A DNA stretch of 64,000 bases. It comes from Trueperaceae bacterium. Its GTDB lineage: Bacteria; Deinococcota; Deinococci; Deinococcales; Trueperaceae. Positions 1 to 9,488 of this stretch are shown one piece after another. The stretch spans positions 143,125 through 207,124 of the forward strand of contig JAXHNB010000008.1 of NCBI GenBank assembly GCA_034520945.1, read 5' to 3'. Below the pieces are notes generated by a model. It was not told where the DNA came from. It saw only the letters and a program-made list of their open reading frames with translations, and ran no database searches. The number at the start of each line of letters is the position of its first letter. Within the stretch, counting starts at the first letter, position 1. The position numbers and the translations under genes are program-made.

Positions 1-500
1 TCCTGATCGGCCTGTTGCTACCGCCGCAGACGGTGATCATCCCGCTGTTCTCGCTACTGCGCGACCTGGGGCTCCTCAACACCTACTGGGCGCTGATCCT
101 GCCCTACGCCAGTTGGCCGTTGGCGCTGACCATTTTCATGCTGCGCTCGTTCTACCGCACCCTTCCCGGCGAGCTCGAGGACGCCGCCCGCATCGACGGC
201 GCCGGACTGTGGACCACCTTCTGGCACGTGATGCTGCCGCTGGTGCGACCGGCGCTGGTGACCATGGTGATCCTCAACGCCGTGAACCTGTGGAACGAAC
301 TCCTCTTCGCCCTGCTGTTCATCCAGGAGGAGACGATGCGCACGCTACCCGCGGGCCTGATGGCCTTCTACGGCTACCACAGCGTCGACTACAAACTGGT
401 GTTCGCCGCCCTCAGCATCGCCACCGTGCCGGTGCTGATCTTCTACTTCATCTTTCAGCGCCAGATCATCGCCGGCCTCACCGTCGGCTCCCTGGACTGA
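1..500 (+). CDS. Carbohydrate ABC transporter permease (MalG-like), 5' partial
   Basis: EAA loop ELEDAARIDGA, hydrophobic helices, C-terminal FQRQIIAGL; frame open to window edge. Confidence 0.93.
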   Translation, partial: LIGLLLPPQTVIIPLFSLLRDLGLLNTYWALILPYASWPLALTIFMLRSFYRTLPGELEDAARIDGAGLWTTFWHVMLPLVRPALVTMVILNAVNLWNELLFALLFIQEETMRTLPAGLMAFYGYHSVDYKLVFAALSIATVPVLIFYFIFQRQIIAGLTVGSLD

Positions 501-517
501 CCCGAACGGAGGTGCCC

Positions 518-1819
518 GTGACCCTCGCCTACCGCGGCGTGATCGAAGGCTTCTACGGACGACCCTGGACCCCCACCCAGCGCCACGACCTGTTGGCCCG
601 CATGGGCGCGTGGGGCATGAACACGTACGTCTACGGCCCCAAGGACGATGTGAAGGTGCGCGCCGCCTGGCGCGAGCGCTACGACGCCGACGAGGCGCGC
701 GATCTGGGCGCGCTGGCCGACGCCGCCGCGCGGCACGGCGTGGCGCTGCACTACGCCATCGCCCCCGGCCTGGACGTGCGCTACGCGGACACGGACGACC
801 GGCGCGCGCTGCGCGCCAAGCTGGAGCAGGTGCTGGAGCTCGGCGTCGGCGCCGTGACGCTGCTGTTCGACGACATCCCCGCTGGGCTGACGGGTGCGGA
901 CCGCGCGGCGTTCGCGTCGTTCGGCGCGGCGCACGCCGACGTCGCCAACGAGGTCGCCGGCTTCCTCGCGCCCCGCGACGTGCCGCTGCTCCTCTGTCCC
1001 ACCGAGTACTGCGACCGCTTCGCCGACCCGTCGGTGGAGGCGAGCCCCTACCTCCACGACCTGGGGGCGGCGCTGGACGCGCGCGTCGACGTGTACTGGA
1101 CGGGCCCCGAAATCGTCTCCGAGACCGTCCCGAGCGACGCCACGCGGCGCATCGCCCGGGTGCTGGGGCGCGCGCCCGTACTGTGGGACAACCTCCACGC
1201 CAACGACTACGACCACCGCCGCGTCTACCTGGGGCCCTACCTGGGCCGCGGCCCCGCGCTACGCGGAGAACTGCGCGGCGTGATCACCAACCCCAACGTG
1301 GAGGCCGAGGCGAACGCCGTGCCGTTGCACACCACCGCCGCTTGGCTGCGCGGCGAGGACGATATCGAGGCGGCGCTGGCGCGCGCGATCGACGCCTGGT
1401 TGCCGCGCTTCGCGACGCACGGCGGGCACGCCGACCGCGAGGAGGTGGGGCTGCTCGTGGACTACCTGCACCTGCCGTTCCGGCACGGCCCGGCCGCCCA
1501 AGCCCACCTCGCCGCCGCCGCCCGCGTGGCGGCGGACGGCGGCGGCGCGGAGGATCGCGACCTCCTGGCCGAGCGCGCCCGTCAGCTGGTCGCCGTCCAC
1601 CGCCGCGTCACCGAGCTCCGCGATCGCGACCTCGCCTACGCCCTGTACAGCTACGTGTGGGACCTCAAGGAGGAGGCCGAGGTGTTGGCGAGCTACGCGC
1701 GCCACCCGGGCGGGCCCTTCTGCCGGCCCGACGCCCTCCCGAACACCTACCGCACCGGCATCGTGGATGCCCTACAGGGGATCCTGCCGCTGGACGCCGA
1801 CGGGTGCGTGCGGCGGTGA
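518..1819 (+). CDS. GH84 beta-N-acetylglucosaminidase (O-GlcNAcase-like)
   Basis: GVIEGFYGRPW, YGPKDD, LLFDD catalytic pair, CPTEY, WDNLHANDYD; GGAGG RBS before GTG 518. Confidence 0.92.
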   Translation: MTLAYRGVIEGFYGRPWTPTQRHDLLARMGAWGMNTYVYGPKDDVKVRAAWRERYDADEARDLGALADAAARHGVALHYAIAPGLDVRYADTDDRRALRAKLEQVLELGVGAVTLLFDDIPAGLTGADRAAFASFGAAHADVANEVAGFLAPRDVPLLLCPTEYCDRFADPSVEASPYLHDLGAALDARVDVYWTGPEIVSETVPSDATRRIARVLGRAPVLWDNLHANDYDHRRVYLGPYLGRGPALRGELRGVITNPNVEAEANAVPLHTTAAWLRGEDDIEAALARAIDAWLPRFATHGGHADREEVGLLVDYLHLPFRHGPAAQAHLAAAARVAADGGGAEDRDLLAERARQLVAVHRRVTELRDRDLAYALYSYVWDLKEEAEVLASYARHPGGPFCRPDALPNTYRTGIVDALQGILPLDADGCVRR

Positions 1820-2409
1820 GGATCGACCGCGTCGACCCCGCCGACCTTCCCGGCGCCTACCGGGTGTGCCTCGCCACCGGCGACGCCGGCGAGGACGCCA
1901 CCGGCCTGCACGCCGACCCGAATCTGCTGGGGCACGTGTTCGTGGGGCCCTACCTGGGCCTGGAGGCGCGGCACGCCTTCGTGCTTCGCGACGGCGACGC
2001 CGTCCTTGGCTACGCCCTGGGCGCCCGCGACACGGCGGACTTCGAGCGGCGCTGCGAAGCGCGCTGGTGGCCGCCGCTTCGCGCCATGTACCCGCCCGAC
2101 GCGCCGCGGCCCGAGCGGGACGCGGAGCTGGTGCGGCTGCTATACGCGCCCGAGCGCACGCCCACGGACCGCCTCGCCTCTCACCCGTCGCACCTGCACG
2201 TCGACCTGTTGCCGCCCGCGCGGGGACGCGGCCTGGGGCGCGCCATGATCGAGGCCGTCCTCGCCTCGCTGGTAGAGGCCGACAGTCCCGGCGTGCACCT
2301 GGGGGTGGCGCGCCGCAACACGCGCGCCGTGGGCTTCTACCAGCACCTCGGCTGGCGCTGGCTGGCCGACGAGGGCGACGCCGCCATCCTGGGATGGAGG
2401 CCGTCTTGA
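1816..2409 (+). CDS. GNAT-family acetyltransferase
   Basis: HPSHLHVDLLPPARGRGLG acetyl-CoA motif, N..AVGFY..LG; GTGA overlap with GH84 stop. Confidence 0.88.
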   Translation: MRIDRVDPADLPGAYRVCLATGDAGEDATGLHADPNLLGHVFVGPYLGLEARHAFVLRDGDAVLGYALGARDTADFERRCEARWWPPLRAMYPPDAPRPERDAELVRLLYAPERTPTDRLASHPSHLHVDLLPPARGRGLGRAMIEAVLASLVEADSPGVHLGVARRNTRAVGFYQHLGWRWLADEGDAAILGWRPS

Positions 2410-3143
2410 ACGCGCTCGACGCCTACCACACCGCCGTGGTTGAGCGCCTCGACGGCGCGCTCCGCGAGCGCCGCGACACCCTGGAACGGTTCGCGGACTG
2501 CATCGCCGACGCGGTCGAAGCGGGGGGCCTCCTCTATCTCACCGGCAGCGGCCACGCGCACATGATGGCGGAGGAACCCTTCTACCGCGCCGGCGGGCTC
2601 GCCGCCGTGCACCCCGTGTTGGTGCCCGCGCTGATGCTGCACGAGGGGGCGGTGCGCAGCACCCGGCTGGAGCGGTTGGCCGGCCTTGCCCGCGCCGCGC
2701 TGGCCGACCTGCCCCTCGGTGAACGCGACGTGTTCGTCGTGGCCTCCAACTCCGGGCGCAACGCCTTCCCGGTCGAGGCCGCCCAGGCCGCACGCGAGGC
2801 CGGGGCCTTCGTGGTAGCCCTCACCAGCGTCGAGCACGGCCGCCGCGTCGCCTCGCGCCACCCCAGCGGCGAGAAGCTGAGCGACGTCGCCGACCTGGTC
2901 GTGGACACCGGCGCCCCCTACGGCGACGCGGCCGTCCCGCTGGGCCCAGGGCTGCCCACCGTCGCGCCGGTCAGCACCGTCTTGGGTGCGTTCCTGTTGA
3001 ACGCGGTGACCGCCCGCGCCACGCAGCTGCTCTTCGAGCGGGGCGCCCGGCCCGACGTCTTCGCAAGTGCCAACCTCACGGACGGCGAGGCGATGCCCGC
3101 CGAGCGCCTGGCGGCGTGGCGCGCCCGGGTGAAGCCGCTGTGA
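2406..3143 (+). CDS. SIS-domain sugar isomerase
   Basis: GSGHAHM.AEE.FYRAGGL, SNSGRN, VALTS; TTGA overlap start. Confidence 0.88.
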   Translation: MNALDAYHTAVVERLDGALRERRDTLERFADCIADAVEAGGLLYLTGSGHAHMMAEEPFYRAGGLAAVHPVLVPALMLHEGAVRSTRLERLAGLARAALADLPLGERDVFVVASNSGRNAFPVEAAQAAREAGAFVVALTSVEHGRRVASRHPSGEKLSDVADLVVDTGAPYGDAAVPLGPGLPTVAPVSTVLGAFLLNAVTARATQLLFERGARPDVFASANLTDGEAMPAERLAAWRARVKPL

Positions 3144-4111
3144 CGGGCGTCGAGGCGGCGCCCCTGGTGCTGGGCCTCGACGCGGGCGGCACCCACACGC
3201 GCGGCGTGGCCATGACCCTGGACGGGCGGGTGTTGGCGCGTAGCCTGCGGCAGGGCGCCAACCCCCGCGCCGTCGGCGATGCGGAGGGACGCACCCGCCT
3301 GGAGGCCGCCGTCGCCGATCTGCGTGCTCAGGCGCCGGGTCCCGTCCTGCACGTCGCGATCGGCCTCGCCGGCCTCATGGATTCCGCCCCCGACGCCGTC
3401 GCCGCGGGGTGGGCCGAGCGCCTGGGGGTGCCGGCCGCCACCGTCGACACCGACGCGCGCGTCGCCCACGCCGCGGCCTTCGGGCTCGGTCCCGGCGCGA
3501 TCGTGGTGGCCGGCACCGGCAGCCAGTGCCTGGCCATCGACCCGGAGGGCAACCGCGTTCGCGTCGGCGGCTGGGGCTCCACCTTCGGCGACGAGGGCAG
3601 CGCCTATTGGATCGCCCGCACGGCCATCACCTCCGCGCTGCATGCCCTGGACGAGGGGTGCGACGATCCTTTCACGGACGACCTGGCGCGCGTCGCCGGA
3701 ACGTCCCTGGACGCGCCGGCCGCCGACCTGCACGACGCCCTGCTGCGCTACCTGTACGGCGAGGCGGCGACGCCGGACCGGCACGCCGCCTTCGCGCTGC
3801 GCGTCGCCGAGCGCGCCGAAGCCGGCGCGCCACAAGCGGAGGCGCTGCTGCGCGAGGCGGGCGCGCACTTGGCGCGGCTGGCGCGAACCGCCGCGACGCG
3901 CTCCCACCTCATGGAGGTCGCGTACTCCGGCAGCGTGCTGAGCAACAACGCCCACGTCCGTGACGCCTTCCTCGAGGCCTGCCGCGAGGCCGAGCTGACG
4001 GTAAGGCCAGGGCGCTGGGATCCCGCCCTCGGCGCGGCGCGGTTGGCGCGCGCCGCCGTCGACGTGGGCGGGCGTGCGGGCGCGGGGCCGTCCGGGGCTC
4101 GTGGGGGCTGA
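3140..4111 (+). CDS. BadF/BadG/BcrA/BcrD-type sugar (GlcNAc) kinase
   Basis: LGLDAGGTHT, VAGTGS, GGWG..FGDEGSAYWI. Confidence 0.9.
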   Translation: MTGVEAAPLVLGLDAGGTHTRGVAMTLDGRVLARSLRQGANPRAVGDAEGRTRLEAAVADLRAQAPGPVLHVAIGLAGLMDSAPDAVAAGWAERLGVPAATVDTDARVAHAAAFGLGPGAIVVAGTGSQCLAIDPEGNRVRVGGWGSTFGDEGSAYWIARTAITSALHALDEGCDDPFTDDLARVAGTSLDAPAADLHDALLRYLYGEAATPDRHAAFALRVAERAEAGAPQAEALLREAGAHLARLARTAATRSHLMEVAYSGSVLSNNAHVRDAFLEACREAELTVRPGRWDPALGAARLARAAVDVGGRAGAGPSGARGG

Positions 4112-4284
4112 TACGCATTAGCGCTCCAGGCCAGGGACGACCGTCAGGCCGCGTCCGTCGCCCCGCGCGGAGCGAGCGTGTCGGCCAGAGCAAGCATCGC
4201 GATACCGAATGTAAGCTGCTCCCGCCCCGCGCCTTCGCCGCACTAGCTTTTCTCGAAGCGGCCTCTACATAGAAGGGTCCAACG

Positions 4285-4545
4285 ATGGCGTTGTTTTCGG
4301 ACGCGTCGTACGAGGAGGTCATGCGGCAATTGACCAAGGGGTTGGCGTGATCGTCGTCGTGGGGGGAGTCATGGGAGGTGCCGGGGAAGGCGGCGATCGC
4401 GCGGGCGCGGCAGCGCCTGGGGGTGGAGCCGCTGGAGATGCTGTATCGGGCGGTGGCGGTGCCGCTGGCTATGTCGGAGACGGTGGGCACGTTCTATCGC
4501 GGTTGGCGGCTGGTGAGTTTGGATGGGTCGTGCTTGGATGTGGCG
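4285..4545 (+). mobile_element. IS4-family transposase fragment (pseudogene)
   Basis: ALFSDASYEEVMRQL...AIARARQRLGVEPL...YRGWRLVSLDGSCLDV (first DDE Asp region); in-frame TGA at 4348 and truncated after ~4545. Confidence 0.8.
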
Positions 4546-4602
4546 GCCTATTGGGTGGCCGCGCCCTTGACGCTACCCGTGAAACTAAAGCAAAATGTCG
4601 GC

Positions 4603-5262
4603 ATGTCGCACCGAGATGCCGACATATTGCGTCACGCGTCTTCCGCAGGCACGCCCGTGTCCGCCGCGCGCGATCCCGTGGCCGCCTTGCGGGACGTCGG
4701 CATCACCGCGTTCTTCCGTCCTTCGCAGCTCCCCGAGGCGGGCTTGACGCGCAACCAATTGCCGGCTCTGTTGCGATCCGGGCGGGTCGAGCGCGTCGCC
4801 CGCGGCCTGTACCGAATCGCCGACGCCGAAGCGACCGAGAACGACTCGCTCGCCATGGCCTGCGCGAGGGTGCCGAACAGCGTGGTTTGCCTGCTCACGG
4901 CGCTGCGCGTCTACGAGATCGGCACTCAATCTCCGGCCGACGTATGGCTCGCGATCCGACACAAGGCTCGCGTGCCCCGCCTCCCTGAACTCCGGCTCCG
5001 CACGGTGCGCTTCAGCGGGCCTGCCTGGACCTTCGGCGTTCGGGAAACGCGCTTCGAAGGCGTCGCGGCCCGGATCACCTCCCCCGCCCGCACCGTCGCC
5101 GACTGCTTCCGTTTCGAGCGTCTGGTGGGGGCCGAGGTCGCCCTGGAGGCCTTTCACGACGCGCTACGCCAGCGCAAGGTGACGATCGCGGAGCTGTCGC
5201 GCGTCGTGGAGGTCCTGCCTTCGCGACGTTTGAGCGCGGCGCTCGATGTGGTGGCGATGTGA
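4603..5262 (+). CDS. abiEi: Type IV TA antitoxin AbiEi-family
   Basis: wHTH with VERVARGLYR, VCLLTALRVYEIGTQSP, ITSPARTVADCFRF. Confidence 0.85.
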   Translation: MSHRDADILRHASSAGTPVSAARDPVAALRDVGITAFFRPSQLPEAGLTRNQLPALLRSGRVERVARGLYRIADAEATENDSLAMACARVPNSVVCLLTALRVYEIGTQSPADVWLAIRHKARVPRLPELRLRTVRFSGPAWTFGVRETRFEGVAARITSPARTVADCFRFERLVGAEVALEAFHDALRQRKVTIAELSRVVEVLPSRRLSAALDVVAM

Positions 5263-5409
5263 GCCCCGACGTCGCTGTCGGCGCTTCCGCCGCGGTACCT
5301 GCCCGCCTACCCGCGGACGGTGTCGAAGGCGAAGAAGTTCGACGCGATGGTCCGGCTCGGCACCCGCACAAGTTGGATGAAGTACTTCCACGACGTTCGC
5401 GGAGCTTGA
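5259..5409 (+). pseudogene. AbiEii toxin remnant (large internal deletion)
   Basis: GTGA overlap start (MSPDVA) then LPAYPRTVSKAKKFDAMVRLGTRTSWMKYFHDV, resembling the AbiEii AEK...SRMKDFYD motif; only ~150 bp left. Confidence 0.65.
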
Positions 5410-5509
5410 AGCCAGCGTAGCTTCATGCTTGCCGTGGTGATCGGTGGGCCACGCATCGAAACCGAAGCGGTCGCCTTGAACGTCTGTAGCCTATTGGTAG
5501 CCTACTTCA

Positions 5510-5674
5510 ATGTACACGGTCTTCCAGATGCGGGAGCTCACGGCCTGGCTGTCTGATCTCGACGATTGGCGCGGTCGAATGCGTATTGCGACTCGCCTTC
5601 GGCATGGAGAGGCGGGGAGTCTCGGTGATTGGCAGTCCAACGAAGGCGAGGCCGCCGCAGAAGCATCGAACTAG
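5510..5674 (+). pseudogene. Truncated RelE-like addiction module killer protein
   Basis: MYTVFQMRELTAWLSDLDDWRGRMRIATRLRHGEAGSLGDWQS matches N-half of HigB/RelE-type killers; TAGCCT-N6-ATG upstream; 54 aa only. Confidence 0.6.
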
Positions 5675-5870
5675 AGGTGAGGCATCCACCGCGCCGTGAT
5701 GGGAGCGAAAGGACTCTCGGTGTCAAATTCACCGCTCAGGCAGCGTAACCGAACGCGTCATGCCGTCTAACCCACCGGCCCAGCAAACGACGTCCGGCAT
5801 GATGGGCATTGACCTCATTCCACCCAACCCCTTCATTCGGCAGCACAGGACGTTCGATGAGAGGTTCCAC

Positions 5871-6095
5871 ATGAAAATCAAGGATCTGATCGATGAAGCA
5901 GGAGCCCTTCCTGTAGAAGAACGGGCGCTCATTGTCGATTCGCTCTTGCGGAGTCTCAATCCACCTGAATCCAGGATCGACGAGAAATGGGCGTTGGTGG
6001 CGCAGAAACGTTTGAACGAGGTTCGGTCTGGAACGGTCGAGACGGTCCCGGGCGAAAGCGTGTTTGCGAGGATTTGGAACGACCGAACCCAGTAA
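5871..6095 (+). CDS. Putative addiction module antitoxin (TIGR02574-like), no partner toxin
   Basis: A..LPVEERALIVDSLLRSL...W...AQKRL.EVRSG.V..VPGE.VF pattern. Confidence 0.8.
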   Translation: MKIKDLIDEAGALPVEERALIVDSLLRSLNPPESRIDEKWALVAQKRLNEVRSGTVETVPGESVFARIWNDRTQ

Positions 6096-6144
6096 GGTTC
6101 CGCCTGAGTGGGTGCGGGCCATGTGCACGAACGGGCCGAAAACG

Positions 6145-6453
6145 ATGGACCTCGAGATTGAAGTTGGCAAGAAGGTGCGTGACGCTCTCGCCCGCCTGGT
6201 AGTGCTGATGCACCGGGGTGGCGCCGACGATTCGGCCGCAGGCAGGGCGCTGTTGTGTGACACGCAGCGCGTTCGGATCGTCTTGCACCTGGAGCGGCCT
6301 GCCCTCCGGTCGAGGCTCCGCCCTGACTTGCCGAAATCCATGACGCCGCATGATGCGCTGCGGCGAGAGCTCACGTTCGTCGACGACCAGGCACGACACA
6401 CGTGTCGTGGGACGGGGAACGTGCCATGGAGCGTGTCGCGCGCGCGTCGGTGA
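6145..6453 (+). CDS. Hypothetical protein or fragment
   Basis: Open frame with plausible codon usage; no motif recognised. Confidence 0.25.
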   Translation: MDLEIEVGKKVRDALARLVVLMHRGGADDSAAGRALLCDTQRVRIVLHLERPALRSRLRPDLPKSMTPHDALRRELTFVDDQARHTCRGTGNVPWSVSRARR

Positions 6454-6647
6454 CGGCAACGTAGCTCGCGTGGACAGAGATCACGTCCCGGTGGTTCACC
6501 GAGGAGGGGCCACGCAGCGCCCGCCGAGACGAATTGCTTATGGAAGTGCGGTTCGTGGTGCTTGCAGATAGGCCGGCGCTTGAACCCACATCCTGACGGG
6601 ATCGGCGGCCATCGTCACGTCACTTGCTGTGGTACGCAGAACCCAAT

Positions 6648-9488
6648 ATGGAAACCAAACAGCATCGAGCCCTCGCAAAGCCGTTCGATCGCGTGTTCGC
6701 CACGGAGGACATGGCGATGAAGGTTCGCCCGATCGTGACGGCTCTCCTGGAGGAGATCGGGATTCGGGGCCCGCACGATCCTAGGTTGGCGACGACGGTC
6801 TTTCGGGACAAGCTGCACGTCAACGTAGGCAACTGGCTGGTCGTAAGTCTGCTCAGTGACCGGCAAGGCCCGAGCGAGATCGGTCTTCTCTTCCGGCAGG
6901 ACCACGGCCTTGCAGACTGGAGGGCTTCGAATCCCTTCGCCAACGACACCACTGAGCCGCCGGTCGTTCTGGCGTACGTGCCGTACGAGGATCTCGAGGA
7001 CCTTCGCGAGACGCGGAGCGAGGAGCTGTTCGGCGCTCTGCAGCAGGCCGCGCACGTGGCACGCCGTCGCTTCAGCGGTTGGTCCGGCAGTCCGTATAGA
7101 CGTGCCCACGTTCCTTGGATGGCGGAGGGCTACTACGACGAGGCTCTCCTCGCAAGCCTGCTGCGTGAGGGCCTTCCAGATCAGGAGTCGGCACGGCTAC
7201 ACGTGACGCCGTCCGACACCTCTTGGGGACAGGAACGCGAGTCGCGCCAGCATCGGCTCGTTCCGACGTCGGTGGCGGACGACTCGTTCAATGCCACAGT
7301 GGCTCCGGCGATTCGCCGGGGGGACGTTCTCCTGCAGTTGGACGGTCGCAAGGCCCTCTCCGCGGCGCTGGTGCTTGGTGCGACCACGGCTGGTGATGCA
7401 TGGGAACCGGGCCGTGAGCCCGGACAGACTGCGTCGCATGCCTTCGATGTGCGCGTACGAGGATTCCCGACGAGCATCGATGTGGATCCGGCCGCTGTGC
7501 CGCTACCTTCGGAGGCGGGTGGCCGAGTCGCGTCAGGGTCCCACGAAGCGAACTCGACCTACGTCGTGCCTGACGGCCTCGCGGGGGCACTCCTCACGGA
7601 GGTTCTCGAAGGCGTACCCGAGCACCTACAGGACCTCGTAGCTTGGGTGAAGCAGGGCGTCGAGGCCCGCACGGACGAGGTGGACGAGGCGCGGAGGGTG
7701 CTTCCCCCCGGGCCGATCACCGATCGCTTGCGCAGCGGCGACGTCCGTGTCGTCAAGATCGCCCCAGGTCGCGGAGGGGTCCTGTGGCAGGAGTTCGTCG
7801 AGGCGGGCATCGCCGCCGTGGGCTGGGACGATGTCGGGGATCTCCGCGCCTACGCGGACTTCGACGCATTCCGGACGGCGTTCCGGGAGCGCTACCCGTA
7901 TGGCGGAAGCCTACCGGCTTCGACGAAGAAGGCTCGCGAGGTCTGGACGCTGCGGGAGCTGAAACCTGGCGATCTGGTGGTCGCGAACCGAGGAATCGGC
8001 GAGGTCCTGGGTATCGGCGAGGTGATCCAGCCGGCCTACGGGTGGCGCGACGATCGGGGCGAGTACCGTCACACAGTTCGGGTCCGATGGGACGAGCGCT
8101 ACCAGACGAAAATTCCTCCCCAACGGTACTGGGCGGTCGTCACGGTCCTGGACCTCGAGCCCGACGCGCTCCTTCGGCTTCTTCAGGCCGACCCCGAAGG
8201 CATCGGCGATTCGCCGGCGCAGCGCGTCCGGCTCTTGAAGGTCCCATCGAGCAAGGCGCGCCTTCGCGAGTTCGTCGGCGACGGTGCTACCGGCGACCGG
8301 GTCTCGTTGCCCGTCGGAGAACACGAAGGCAATGCCGATCTGGAGAAGGGCGACGTGCTGGTGCTCTGGCAATCGGGGGACGACGACGGCCTGCATGGGT
8401 TGGGCGAGGTGCTCTCCTCCCCGCAAGAGGATCCAGACGACCCGGAGGGTTCCCGCACGGTCGACGTTCGGATCACGGGCGCGTTGGCCGAGCCGATTCC
8501 GAGCCGAGACGTCGCCGAGGACCATGCGCTGTCGGGCCTCGAGGTCCTGCAAGCACCGAGTCGCTCCGTATTCGTCGTCGAGGCACCCGAGTGGGAAGCC
8601 CTGGGGTTTCTCCTGTCAGGTGACGTTCCCCCAAGCGAGGATCGTCAGCCCGGCTACGACGTTCAAGACGTGGTCGAGGCGACCGGCCTGCCGAACGACA
8701 TGCTCGAACGCTGGATTCGTTCGATCCATCGCAAAGGCCAGGCGATCCTCTATGGGCCTCCCGGGACCGGCAAGACGTACGTAGCCAAGGAGCTCGCCAA
8801 GCACTTGGTGGCCGGTACGGACGGCTTCGTTCAGGTCTTGCAGTTCCACGCCGCCACCGCCTACGAGGACTTCATCCAGGGCCTCCGGCCCGAGATCGAC
8901 GCAAGCGGGAACCTTTCCTACGTGCTGGCGCCGGGAGGCTTCCTGCGATTCGTTCGGGAAGCGCGGGGGCGCCGTGGCGTGAGTGTTCTGATCCTGGACG
9001 AGATCAACCGCGCCGATCTGGCCCGCGTCTTCGGTGAGCTGATGTATCTGCTCGAATACCGTGACGAGACCGTCGCGTTGGCGGCTGGCGGCAAGAAGCT
9101 GTCCGTGCCGAAGAACGTCCGCATCCTGGGCACCATGAACACGGCGGATCGTTCCGTAGCCCTCGTCGACCACGCGCTCCGGCGGCGTTTCGCCTTCCTG
9201 CGGCTACAGCCCGATTTGGAACTCCTGCGGAACTGGCATCGTGGCAAGGCCGGAGAACGGTTGGCCGACCGGCTTACCGACGAGCTGGCGCGCCTGCATA
9301 GGCGCATCGACGATCCGCACCTCGCCCTTGGGATCAGCTACTTCCTCGTGGAGGATCTGCCCATGCATCTCCCGGACATCTGGCGCATGGAGATCGAGCC
9401 CTACCTCGAGGAGCTCTTCTTCGATGAGGCGGATCCGCTCGGCGAGTTCGTTTGGGAGGCGCTGGCCGTGCGTCTGGACCTCGCGTGA
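6648..9488 (+). CDS. mcrB: McrB-like AAA+ GTPase with extended N-terminal PUA/EVE-like reader domains
   Basis: GPPGTGKT, DEINRA, GTMNTADRS (McrB NxxD), ALRRRF; followed by McrC. Confidence 0.92.
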   Translation: METKQHRALAKPFDRVFATEDMAMKVRPIVTALLEEIGIRGPHDPRLATTVFRDKLHVNVGNWLVVSLLSDRQGPSEIGLLFRQDHGLADWRASNPFANDTTEPPVVLAYVPYEDLEDLRETRSEELFGALQQAAHVARRRFSGWSGSPYRRAHVPWMAEGYYDEALLASLLREGLPDQESARLHVTPSDTSWGQERESRQHRLVPTSVADDSFNATVAPAIRRGDVLLQLDGRKALSAALVLGATTAGDAWEPGREPGQTASHAFDVRVRGFPTSIDVDPAAVPLPSEAGGRVASGSHEANSTYVVPDGLAGALLTEVLEGVPEHLQDLVAWVKQGVEARTDEVDEARRVLPPGPITDRLRSGDVRVVKIAPGRGGVLWQEFVEAGIAAVGWDDVGDLRAYADFDAFRTAFRERYPYGGSLPASTKKAREVWTLRELKPGDLVVANRGIGEVLGIGEVIQPAYGWRDDRGEYRHTVRVRWDERYQTKIPPQRYWAVVTVLDLEPDALLRLLQADPEGIGDSPAQRVRLLKVPSSKARLREFVGDGATGDRVSLPVGEHEGNADLEKGDVLVLWQSGDDDGLHGLGEVLSSPQEDPDDPEGSRTVDVRITGALAEPIPSRDVAEDHALSGLEVLQAPSRSVFVVEAPEWEALGFLLSGDVPPSEDRQPGYDVQDVVEATGLPNDMLERWIRSIHRKGQAILYGPPGTGKTYVAKELAKHLVAGTDGFVQVLQFHAATAYEDFIQGLRPEIDASGNLSYVLAPGGFLRFVREARGRRGVSVLILDEINRADLARVFGELMYLLEYRDETVALAAGGKKLSVPKNVRILGTMNTADRSVALVDHALRRRFAFLRLQPDLELLRNWHRGKAGERLADRLTDELARLHRRIDDPHLALGISYFLVEDLPMHLPDIWRMEIEPYLEELFFDEADPLGEFVWEALAVRLDLA

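Noticed and set aside
4378..5262. 294-aa transposase-AbiEi fusion ORF
   Set aside because: Chance in-frame join of an IS4 fragment with abiEi, which has its own promoter-like TTGACG/CAAAAT and ATG at 4603
5764..5800. Integron attC site (GTCTAAC core)
   Set aside because: No matching GTTRRRY end or pairing arm found; no integrase or other attC sites
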